Positions 34,339-42,390 of a DNA stretch of 64,000 nucleotides are shown here, piece after piece. The translations under genes were made by a program, and so were the position numbers. This DNA comes from an archaeon (lineage in GTDB: Archaea > Nanobdellota > Nanobdellia > Pacearchaeales > DTIR01). The notes under the pieces were generated by a model that saw only the letters and a program-made list of their open reading frames with translations, was not told where the DNA came from and did no database searches. The DNA lies in contig JAZDFA010000012.1 in assembly GCA_043808285.1 (NCBI GenBank), positions 67,680 to 131,679 of the forward strand. The letters are read 5' to 3'. Position 1 is the first letter of the stretch; each line of letters opens with the position of its first letter.

Positions 34339-34856
34339 AAATGACGAGAAAAGCCCAGGAAGAGATATTGGGGTTTGTACTTATAATCTTAGTAGTAGGA
34401 ATAATCTCATTGGTTTTCTTAGGGTTAGCACTTCAAAAACCCCCCAAAACAAACCAGGACAAGCAGGTTGAAAATTTAGTTAATTCAATGCTTGCTTATA
34501 CAACTAATTGTGCATTGTATGTGCCGCAGTATGAAACAGTCTCGGATTTGATAAAGAGCTGTTATGCAAAGGACTATTGCAGTGATGGCAGAGATACATG
34601 CACAGAGTTAAAGAGCGTAATGGCCAGCATGATACAGACTTCAATAGGCAGCTTGACTGTTGACAGGCCTGTAAAGTCTTATGAGTTTAATATAAGCTAT
34701 TCAGAAAAACAGAGTGGCGGGATGACTTCAAGAAAACCAGACGCTTCAATACTATATTTAAGGAATGGAGTATCTAGCGGGACAAGCATAGGCTCTCAGC
34801 AGTTTTTGCCATTAGATGAAGGAAATATAGCAATCAGCCTAAAGCTTTGGTATTAG
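34335..34856 (+). CDS. type IV pilin-like protein (class III signal peptide)
   Basis: MKMTRKA|QEEILGFVLIILVVGIISLVFLGLAL. ATGA overlap with the upstream gene. Confidence 0.5.
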   Translation: MKMTRKAQEEILGFVLIILVVGIISLVFLGLALQKPPKTNQDKQVENLVNSMLAYTTNCALYVPQYETVSDLIKSCYAKDYCSDGRDTCTELKSVMASMIQTSIGSLTVDRPVKSYEFNISYSEKQSGGMTSRKPDASILYLRNGVSSGTSIGSQQFLPLDEGNIAISLKLWY

Positions 34857-35228
34857 CTATTGAAGGTGGAGAGTAAGCTGGATTTTATCAAGATTTATTA
34901 TTGGTTTGAGCTTTTGTTTTTTTCCTTTTAATTCTGGAACAAGCCTTACAAGACCAAAATTTCTTAAAAGTTCAACATCTTTTCTTACTGACTTAAAGTC
35001 TCTACCCAGCATTTTTGCAAGAGAATAAATAGAACTGGGGTTATTGTTTTTCAGAGTAAATAGCATTCTTGCCTTTTCATTGCTAAGAAGTTGCCTTAGA
35101 GCCATTATATCTGTGAAGTCCAAGCCAGCATAGCTTTTCCCATCTGCCTTAAACCTTCTAAACAATGCACTAAATGCTCCATGCTTCAATCTTATATCTA
35201 TGAAACCAATTCTTTCTTTTTCTACCAT
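34857..35228 (-). CDS. winged-helix DNA-binding protein (ArsR/MarR-like)
   Basis: 123 aa. SIYSLAKMLGRDFKSVRKDVELLRNFGLVRL is a typical HTH-wing segment. Confidence 0.5.
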   Translation of the reverse strand: MVEKERIGFIDIRLKHGAFSALFRRFKADGKSYAGLDFTDIMALRQLLSNEKARMLFTLKNNNPSSIYSLAKMLGRDFKSVRKDVELLRNFGLVRLVPELKGKKQKLKPIINLDKIQLTLHLQ

Positions 35229-35243
35229 GTTTTTATCAAAAAA

Positions 35244-35259
35244 ACAACATTCATGTTGT
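35244..35259. promoter_or_regulatory. perfect 16-bp palindrome, candidate operator
   Basis: ACAACATTCATGTTGT, 16 nt upstream of the wHTH gene start codon (35228). Confidence 0.3.
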
Positions 35260-35278
35260 AGTAACTATAGTTTTTTTA

Positions 35279-35324
35279 GGATCCTAAAGTTGCCGTTTGT
35301 ATTATGTCACTCAGCAACTTTATT
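35279..35324 (+). repeat. modular hairpin repeat locus R7 (single short module)
   Basis: GGATCCTAAAGTTGC-CGTTTGTATTATGTCACT-CAGCAACTTTATTAT. Confidence 0.6.
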
Positions 35325-35638
35325 ATCGTCGCTATATTTTCATATTACCTAAAACAAATAGTATATTTAAACATTATTGTTTTAAGATATATGTTTGTGT
35401 TTACCGTATATTAGGAAGAATAACAGGGGTTTTTCTTACCCTATATCTAGCTTAAAACAAAAGCTTTTTAAAGCGCCAGAAACTATAGGAAATGTGCTTA
35501 AGGTATTACTTAGGCATACACTGGCCAGAAAACGGTGTTCTTAAAATAGGGACTACAGCGATAACCATCTTGGTTGATAGGGTAACTTCCCTATTGTTGC
35601 TCTAAAAACTAAGACAAAGCCAAAATACAACTAATGAA

Positions 35639-35645
35639 AGGAGGT
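35639..35645 (+). promoter_or_regulatory. Shine-Dalgarno-like site for S-layer gene
   Basis: AGGAGGT ending 14 nt before the ATG at 35660. Confidence 0.5.
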
Positions 35646-35659
35646 TAGTGAAATAATAA

Positions 35660-38314
35660 ATGAAATTTAACTTTAAAAAGGTAGCGTCAGTATTAGCCAG
35701 CGCAGCAATGCTTGGTTCCACAATCGGAATGGCAGCTGCAGCTTCTATGTACCCAGACCCTTTCATAAAGGGAGGTGTTGCCAATGTAGCAATAGTTGTA
35801 GGCGCAAGCGCCGCAACAATTGATAACATAGCAGCAGTTGATGTTGGTGCAAATTTGCAGGCAGAGCTTGCAAAACAAACTGCAACAACTAGTTCAATCG
35901 GTGCAACAGGAGTTGGCGGTGATTCTGTCAACCTTGCTTCTACAAGCCAAAGGCTTTTCTACGGTAGCGCAATGAATGTTGCAAGAACTGGTATTTCTAA
36001 ATCAGAAATGCCTACTCTTTTAGCAGACGGCACTATAGTAGATGATGCAGGAACAGAATACAGCTTCACGCAAACCATAACACCAGGAAACAACACTGTG
36101 GCTTACTCCACAAGCGGAGGCGACTTGGAAGACCCAGCACTTCTAGTGCAGGTCGGAACAGTAGCAGATGCTTACTTGTATCAATTGGATCTTTCTTTCA
36201 ACAAGAATATCAATATATCAAGCTCTGACGTACAGGGCAACAATATAAAGATACTTGGAAAGGACTTTACAATTGGCTCTGGCTCAAACTCTGGAACACC
36301 TGTATTGTACTTGTATGGTGCAGGAACAGAGAAGACAGTCAGTGAAGGCGAGACAGCAAACCTCGAAGTAGGTGGAAAGACCTATGCATTAGAGGTTAAG
36401 AGCGTCGAGCAAACAGGAGGAGTGAATTACGTGTCTGTATCAGTAGATGGTGGTAGTATAAGAAGAATTACCGAAGGTAGCTCTTCAAAAGTTGGCGACA
36501 TAGAGATATATGCCAAGTCGATACATTACCTAGCAAAAGAGGCTCAAACTTCTTATGCAGATTTAAACATTGGTAGTACCAAGATTAAATTCGCGCAAGG
36601 TACAACTGTAAAGTCTGGAACAGATGAAACATCTATCCAAGGCACTAAGGCATACTTAACGTCAACAGGTGCTAACGGCTTATCCAAGTTATCTATAAAG
36701 GTAGCTATGGCAAAGTCCGCATCAGACCATCTTGGTATCGGAACTACGTTTGAAGACCCAATTTTCGGAGGACTTCAAGTGAAATTTGCAGATGTCGCTC
36801 CAGCATTGGATTCCGACATGAGAGATTCTGTAGTTATCAACACTGATAACAACAGAAATGCAAAGACAACTTTTACACCTTACTTGGGATCAAGCGAGGG
36901 AGCAAAGACTGTCTATTTTGGTTACGACCAAGACACTTCTGAAAGCACAATTACCACAAGACTCGCAGATTCTTCCAACAAAACCCTCAATGTACTTGAA
37001 GGTGCACTTGTTGGCGATGCTGAGTATATGGTTGTTAACGCAGGAGACTACGGTAGGATATTGAAAGTAACTGAACTACCAACAGGAGATTTAGAAACAA
37101 CTTCTAAGATCCAGTTGGAAGATGCTCTTACAGGAAAGACCCTCTTTGATGGAGGCGGATTGACTGTAGGAACAGATGGTAATGCCAGCACAAACATTGA
37201 TGGCAACACCTATTACTTCAGCGTCGTAAATAGTACGACATCTTACTTGAAGATCACCTGGGGTACGAATGCAGCTGAAGGAGTCGCTGGTACTCAAACA
37301 ACTTTATTCCCGAGAATAAAGTTGGCTAAAGGAGGATGGTTAGCATTCTTGAAACCTACAACTATTACCTACGGATTAACCTACTCTCTGCCAGGTCTAG
37401 AAACCTTAGCAGATTACGAGGCAGGTTTAACAATATCCGCTCAGACAGGTGCAGTTAGTAACGAATCAGGAAGCAAGAAATACGGAAATGTCAATTACTC
37501 AATTATATCAGGAGCAACAAATAACTTGACTGGTATAATTGGAGGAATAGACGTTAACGGAAATGATGCCCAAACTCTTATAGCAGGAACAGACTGTATC
37601 TTCAACTCTACTTCAGCAAATGGAGCAGCAGTTCTCTTCTTAGAAGAGAAGAAGATAACAGAAACCAACAATGCAAATAACGGCGACGCAATCTGTGTCA
37701 ACTTAGACGTGAGCGGAAGCACAACACCTGTAGAGGTGAGCGTTTCCACACCTGTAATGACAGGTACAAACTCCGCCTTGCAATCTCTTACAACTGACTC
37801 AAATGTCAGAGAGGCGGTTACAAGATACGGTACTTTCGTCGAATATGACTCAACAGATAACGATGCGATTACTATCAAATACCCAGATGAGCAGATGTAT
37901 GCAGACATACTCGTGACTCAGACAGGTGTAGAAGTAGCCGCTGGAGGATCGGGAGGAAGCGTAGCTTCACTTGGTTCTATTGCTGTTATGGATTCCGAAA
38001 TTGCTACTGTCAGTTCTAAGAACTTGATAGTACTTGGAGGAAGTTGTATAAACACAGTTGCTGCTAAAATGCTAGGAAGTGATTCAGCCATTTGTGGTGC
38101 AGACTTTACAACCGCGGCAGGCATTAGCTCAGGCCAATTCCTTATCAAGGTATTGGACTCCCCTTACACAACGGGTAAGGTAGCTATGTTAGTCGCAGGT
38201 TATGAAGGAGCAGACACAAGAAAAGCTGCAACTTACTTAGTAAGCATGAAGCCATCAACTATAGTTGGTACCGACCTTAAGAAGCAAACAGCAACCTACG
38301 AAGACGTAGTGTAA
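35660..38314 (+). CDS. S-layer protein
   Basis: 884 aa. Signal peptide, then YPDPFIKGGVANVAIVVGASAATIDNIAAVDV. C-terminal NLIVLGGSCINTVAAKML..VAMLVAGYEGADTRKAATYL. Both ends match the archaeal S-layer domain pattern. Thr/Ser/Gly-rich, visibly higher GC than neighbours. Confidence 0.8.
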   Translation: MKFNFKKVASVLASAAMLGSTIGMAAAASMYPDPFIKGGVANVAIVVGASAATIDNIAAVDVGANLQAELAKQTATTSSIGATGVGGDSVNLASTSQRLFYGSAMNVARTGISKSEMPTLLADGTIVDDAGTEYSFTQTITPGNNTVAYSTSGGDLEDPALLVQVGTVADAYLYQLDLSFNKNINISSSDVQGNNIKILGKDFTIGSGSNSGTPVLYLYGAGTEKTVSEGETANLEVGGKTYALEVKSVEQTGGVNYVSVSVDGGSIRRITEGSSSKVGDIEIYAKSIHYLAKEAQTSYADLNIGSTKIKFAQGTTVKSGTDETSIQGTKAYLTSTGANGLSKLSIKVAMAKSASDHLGIGTTFEDPIFGGLQVKFADVAPALDSDMRDSVVINTDNNRNAKTTFTPYLGSSEGAKTVYFGYDQDTSESTITTRLADSSNKTLNVLEGALVGDAEYMVVNAGDYGRILKVTELPTGDLETTSKIQLEDALTGKTLFDGGGLTVGTDGNASTNIDGNTYYFSVVNSTTSYLKITWGTNAAEGVAGTQTTLFPRIKLAKGGWLAFLKPTTITYGLTYSLPGLETLADYEAGLTISAQTGAVSNESGSKKYGNVNYSIISGATNNLTGIIGGIDVNGNDAQTLIAGTDCIFNSTSANGAAVLFLEEKKITETNNANNGDAICVNLDVSGSTTPVEVSVSTPVMTGTNSALQSLTTDSNVREAVTRYGTFVEYDSTDNDAITIKYPDEQMYADILVTQTGVEVAAGGSGGSVASLGSIAVMDSEIATVSSKNLIVLGGSCINTVAAKMLGSDSAICGADFTTAAGISSGQFLIKVLDSPYTTGKVAMLVAGYEGADTRKAATYLVSMKPSTIVGTDLKKQTATYEDVV

Positions 38315-38320
38315 AGCTAG

Positions 38321-38356
38321 TTTTGTTTTGTTTTTTTCTTTTTTTCTTTTTTTTTA
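38321..38356 (+). terminator. oligo-T terminator region after S-layer gene
   Basis: TTTTGTTTTGTTTTTTTCTTTTTTTCTTTTTTTTT immediately after the stop. Archaeal termination typically uses T runs. Confidence 0.55.
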
Positions 38357-38373
38357 ATTGACTGCTGATAGGC

Positions 38374-38524
38374 ATCAAAAAATTCCTGGAGGTTTGCTTG
38401 GAATTTTAGGATGCTCAAGAACACAACCACACACTAAACAGAGAAAATCCTAACTGGATTTTCAATGTCCTAAAAATCAAGAGATTTTTTCGACTGTGTG
38501 GTTTTTGTCAAGTGTTCTTGACAT
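38374..38524 (-). repeat. modular hairpin repeat locus R8 (reverse)
   Basis: Reverse complement reads ATGTCAAGAACAC-TTGACAAAAACCACACAG-[two hairpins separated by CAT]-CTGTTTAGTGTGTGG-TTGTGTTCTTGAGCATCCTAA-AATTCCAAGCAAACC..AGGAATTTTTTGAT. Confidence 0.85.
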
Positions 38525-38544
38525 GCAAAACATTTTTTGGTAAC

Positions 38545-38553
38545 TTTTATAAA
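38545..38553 (+). promoter_or_regulatory. TATA box
   Basis: TTTTATAAA centred 26 nt upstream of the ATG at 38575. Confidence 0.45.
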
Positions 38554-38574
38554 CGGTTTTTTCTTAGTCTGGAA

Positions 38575-39174
38575 ATGAAATTAAGGAAGATAATAACTGC
38601 AGAAGAGAAGGCAAAGAGCGAGAAGAGCAGGAACATAGCTATAGGTCTAGTTCTTGTTGCATTAATGGTGGCAAGCACATGGGGTTATGCAATAAACAGG
38701 GAGGATCAGACAACAACTATGAAATATAATGGATTTATTTTCACTAACACAGAAAATGGGTGGGAGCTTAAGAGCCCCTCGCTTTTGACAAGATTTAATC
38801 CTAAAGAGGTAGAGCCAATAGCATCCAATATAAGGCTTAGAAGTAATGATTTCGCAGGAACGGATATGTATCTTGATGCATACAACATGGATGAGAAGGC
38901 TGCAGCATACGAAATCGCAAGAAACCTTGCACCATTAAGGATACAATCAGTATGCCTTGAAGGAAATGAGAACAAGACTGGATGCGAGGAGCTTCCAATA
39001 AAAAATTGTTATGATCATAAAGTTTTGGTAGTAAGAGAGATAAAGAGCGAGGAAAATATTACAATCGCTCCAAGGGTTTATCAGCAGGCAAACTGTCTTA
39101 TAGTCGAATCTTCTATTGAAAACCTAACAATGGTCGCAGATAGGGCAGTATTTGCACTACAAGGAATAATGTAA
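38575..39174 (+). CDS. hypothetical N-terminally anchored extracellular protein
   Basis: ORF 38512..39174, start moved to MKLRKIITAEEK.. because upstream codons are repeat R8. TM helix IAIGLVLVALMVAST. Confidence 0.45.
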   Translation: MKLRKIITAEEKAKSEKSRNIAIGLVLVALMVASTWGYAINREDQTTTMKYNGFIFTNTENGWELKSPSLLTRFNPKEVEPIASNIRLRSNDFAGTDMYLDAYNMDEKAAAYEIARNLAPLRIQSVCLEGNENKTGCEELPIKNCYDHKVLVVREIKSEENITIAPRVYQQANCLIVESSIENLTMVADRAVFALQGIM

Positions 39175-39175
39175 A

Positions 39176-39886
39176 ATGCCAAGAAAAAAGAAAAGCATAA
39201 AAGATGAGCAAACTCTTAAAGAAGAGATAGAGATAGGATCAAGTGAAGAGATAAAAAAGCAGCAGGAGAGACAAGCGAGGTTCATAGTAATATTTTTGAT
39301 ATTTCTTTTCCTTTCTACAATCTCTTTTATTTACTTTTACAAGAGCACTTCAAAGTTTACTTACCAGGGATTGAAGTTTCAGAAAATAAAGAGCGATTCA
39401 GGAATGTATTTTTATAATACTACATTGAAATTTAGCAGATCTGATGGGCAGGTAGAGTTTGTAATGTATTTTAGGAATAATCCAAAACAACTTGAGAACA
39501 TTCCAATCAACGCAACAATTATGTTTAGAAGAACTGCTTTCGTATCCTTTGAGCCAAAGATAAGCGGATGCTATGGGAGCAACATCCCAGCGGTGCAATT
39601 GGGCCAGTATCTTGGGGCATTAGGAATAAAGACAAAGGGCGCAACTACAGATGAGAATCTTTCAAAGGAGAAGGAGGTTGATTGGAAGAATTGCGATAAT
39701 ACTGCCAACTCAACAGTTATTGTTTTAAGGCAGGCAAATGAAACATCAATAGTGCAGCAGGGAGACTGCTACATACTTAATATAGCTGATTGTGAAGTAA
39801 TCCCCGTAACAGAAAAATTCCTTCTTGAAACAACAATCCAGATGATAAAAAGAACAATGCAGAGGAATATCAATGTCTCAAAATGA
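39176..39886 (+). CDS. hypothetical N-terminally anchored extracellular protein
   Basis: 236 aa. Charged N-terminus, TM helix FIVIFLIFLFLSTISFIYFY. Tightly coupled to the flanking genes. Confidence 0.45.
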   Translation: MPRKKKSIKDEQTLKEEIEIGSSEEIKKQQERQARFIVIFLIFLFLSTISFIYFYKSTSKFTYQGLKFQKIKSDSGMYFYNTTLKFSRSDGQVEFVMYFRNNPKQLENIPINATIMFRRTAFVSFEPKISGCYGSNIPAVQLGQYLGALGIKTKGATTDENLSKEKEVDWKNCDNTANSTVIVLRQANETSIVQQGDCYILNIADCEVIPVTEKFLLETTIQMIKRTMQRNINVSK

Positions 39887-40365
39887 GCAATAATCTCTTA
39901 ATCGCTGCGATTATTAGCATGCTGCCCATAGCAGAGGTAAGGGGGGGGATACCTTATGCCCTTTCAACAATAAACTTAACCATCACAAATATAATTCTTG
40001 TCTATTCTTTATGCGTTTTAGCAAATGCATTAGTGGCTATACCCATATGGATATTCATGGATTTATTTCATTCTAAACTTTGCAAGATAAAGATATACAA
40101 TAATCTATCAAAAAAGGTTATAGATAAGATAAGGATAAAAAGCCATAAATTAGAGCCTCAAATAAACAGATATGGATATATAGCATTAGCAGTATTTGTA
40201 GGAATCCCTCTTCCCATGACTGGAGCATGGACTGGCAGCATAGCGGCTTGGATTCTAGACTTAAATAGAAAGAAGAGTTTTATGGCGATATTCTTAGGAG
40301 TAGCAGCTGCAGGAATAATCATGACGCTATCTTTTCTTGGTCTTCTTAGACTTTTTAGATTTTAA
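39883..40365 (+). CDS. small multidrug-export-like membrane protein (COG2426/PF06695-like)
   Basis: 160 aa. LPIAEVRGGIPYAL and GIPLPMTGAWTGS motifs. Confidence 0.55.
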   Translation: MSNNLLIAAIISMLPIAEVRGGIPYALSTINLTITNIILVYSLCVLANALVAIPIWIFMDLFHSKLCKIKIYNNLSKKVIDKIRIKSHKLEPQINRYGYIALAVFVGIPLPMTGAWTGSIAAWILDLNRKKSFMAIFLGVAAAGIIMTLSFLGLLRLFRF

Positions 40366-40926
40366 CTTTTCTGGCTTATTTTTTGAAAGCCCCCAGATAT
40401 ACATAAAGTCAGAATAAAATGGAATTGATTTTATATTGAAAACTTTAACAGCAGCAATCCAGACGATAAAGACATATGCCACACTAACAAAATACCAAAA
40501 TATTACATGGAGGGTGTCAAAGAAAAGGAAGTTATTTACTTTCAGAACTGAAAGGAGGATTATTCTAGCAATATTAAGCAGGAGAAACAAAGAAGATGTG
40601 AATACAAATATTCCAATCCTCTTTCTTAATCTTATACCAGAAGTTATAAAGTTAAGGAGAAGGAGCAGATAGTATGCAGAGCCTCCAACGCATGCCTTTG
40701 AAATCTCAATAACTACTGCTTTTAGGAATATAAAATTTTGCATTATTTGAATATCATAAAAAATAGAGAGAAAGAATGCTGAAGGATAGAGTGTAAGCGG
40801 GGTGAATACCTGATAGAATATTGCAAGATTGCTTATTGAAGCAATAAAAATAATAAGATACCTTAGGGGGATATCATATGGCTTTTGTTTCTCTTTTTTT
40901 TCCTTCTCAACCATGCATTTACTCAT
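40327..40926 (-). CDS. small archaeosortase/exosortase-family protein
   Basis: 199 aa, about 6 TM. Candidate catalytic triad contexts KACVGGS (Cys), LLNIARIIL (Arg), DTLHVIFWY (His), in the order expected for exosortase/archaeosortase. Confidence 0.55.
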   Translation of the reverse strand: MSKCMVEKEKKEKQKPYDIPLRYLIIFIASISNLAIFYQVFTPLTLYPSAFFLSIFYDIQIMQNFIFLKAVVIEISKACVGGSAYYLLLLLNFITSGIRLRKRIGIFVFTSSLFLLLNIARIILLSVLKVNNFLFFDTLHVIFWYFVSVAYVFIVWIAAVKVFNIKSIPFYSDFMYIWGLSKNKPEKLKSKKSKKTKKR

Positions 40927-40957
40927 GAAAATGTATTTAAATATGTTTTTTGTTTTG

Positions 40958-41093
40958 TGTCAAGAACATTTGATTAAACTCGTGTGTTCTTGATCATCCT
41001 AACGGAGAGAATCTTTTGATTCTCAATGTCCCGAAAAGCAGTTGCTTTTCGCGAAGTTGCCGTTTGGCAATAGCACTAGAGCAACTTTTTGAT
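40958..41093 (+). repeat. modular hairpin repeat locus R9 (forward)
   Basis: TGTCAAGAACA..GTGTGTTCTTGATCATCCTAAC-GGAGAGAATC/GATTCTCAATG-TCCCGAAAAGC/GCTTTTCGCG-AAGTTGC..GAGCAACTTTTTGAT. Confidence 0.85.
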
Positions 41094-41108
41094 CTAAAAA
41101 GAGAAAAA

Positions 41109-41732
41109 ATGAACATAAAGAAAAATCTGGGAAAGAAAATCCTTGTTTTTTTATTTTTCGCTCTAGTTATTGTTGTTGCATTTAAATTAGACTGGCAGGG
41201 AGTTATGCTAGCTTCGGTTTTAAGATTCCCATACCTTGATTCTTTCATGATGTGGATAACATTTGCAGGCTCCACCGTGTTTATACTATTCTTCCTTACA
41301 TCATTGTTCTTGTGGCACGAAAGGAAAAGAAAGTGGATTATCCCCCTGTGGGGCAGTCTTTTGCTATCTTTCATTGCTGTTTCATTGCTTAAATTTTTTA
41401 TACCCAGAGAAAGGCCATATGAACTGGGGGTAGATACAATGGATTTCTTGAAGATTTCAAATCCATTTAATTCTTCTTTTCCCTCATTGCATGCAGCTTC
41501 AGCTTTTTCTGCATTGCCAGTTCTTGACAAAGAGTTTAGATATTTCAAATTTGTATGGATATTTTTTGCAGTTTTGGTTGCAATATCCAGAGTTTATTTT
41601 GCATTGCATTATCCTAGCGACGTAATAATTGGCGCTTTGATAGGGTATTCCTCCGGGAATCTCTCTATCAGGCTAACCGAAAAAAATAAAAAACTGCTTT
41701 TCTTTGCTAACAAATGGTTAAAAAGAAGATAA
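41109..41732 (+). CDS. PAP2-family phosphatase (polyprenyl-diphosphate/phosphatidic acid phosphatase type)
   Basis: ORF 41016..41732, start moved to MNIKKNLGKK (upstream codons are repeat R9). PRERPYE, SFPSLHA, SRVYFALHYPSDV. Confidence 0.75.
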   Translation: MNIKKNLGKKILVFLFFALVIVVAFKLDWQGVMLASVLRFPYLDSFMMWITFAGSTVFILFFLTSLFLWHERKRKWIIPLWGSLLLSFIAVSLLKFFIPRERPYELGVDTMDFLKISNPFNSSFPSLHAASAFSALPVLDKEFRYFKFVWIFFAVLVAISRVYFALHYPSDVIIGALIGYSSGNLSIRLTEKNKKLLFFANKWLKRR

Positions 41733-42352
41733 TAAAGAAGGCAATAAGCCCATTAAAATTTAGAAGAACAATATTCCATATAATCTTTGGTTCAGTAATC
41801 CTTTATTTGGCAGTAAAGAATTATTATACTGGGGTAAGATGGATGCTCTTCTCGTTATTATGCTTTGGCATGCTGCTATCTCTGACATCATTGCGTTTTA
41901 AGATACCTTTTATACATTTTATGCTGAAGAAATTTGAAAAGCCCAAATACCTAAAGAAATTCCCAGGAAAAGGGGCATTATTTTTTGTTGCAGGATGCTT
42001 GTTAGTACTAAGAATATTCCCAAAATCAATGGCATTTGCAGCAATAGCAATACTTACATTTGCAGACCCCCTTGCAAGCCTTTCAGGAATAGTATTTGGT
42101 AAGAGAAGCCATAGAAAACCATTCAATACGCTAAAGAAAATAGAAGGCACTATTGTGGGTATCATCACTGGATTTTTTGTAGCATCATTTTTTATACCTT
42201 ACAGCGAGGCAATAGTTGCATCAGTTGTATCTATGTTTGCAGAGGCATTAACATTAAAATTGGGTGGAGATGAAGTTGACGATAATATCATTGTTCCGGT
42301 ATCTGCAGCAACAGCAATATACCTCAAAGTGTTGCTATTTCCAGCTTTCTAG
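41714..42352 (+). CDS. CTP-dependent polyprenol (dolichol) kinase / CdsA-family membrane protein
   Basis: 212 aa multi-TM. LKKIEGTIVG and DDNIIVP motifs resemble the cytidylyltransferase family 1 / dolichol kinase signature. Confidence 0.5.
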   Translation: MVKKKIIKKAISPLKFRRTIFHIIFGSVILYLAVKNYYTGVRWMLFSLLCFGMLLSLTSLRFKIPFIHFMLKKFEKPKYLKKFPGKGALFFVAGCLLVLRIFPKSMAFAAIAILTFADPLASLSGIVFGKRSHRKPFNTLKKIEGTIVGIITGFFVASFFIPYSEAIVASVVSMFAEALTLKLGGDEVDDNIIVPVSAATAIYLKVLLFPAF

Positions 42353-42390
42353 AAATTAACTACCAAGAAAAAATAGTGGGGAACGAAAAA

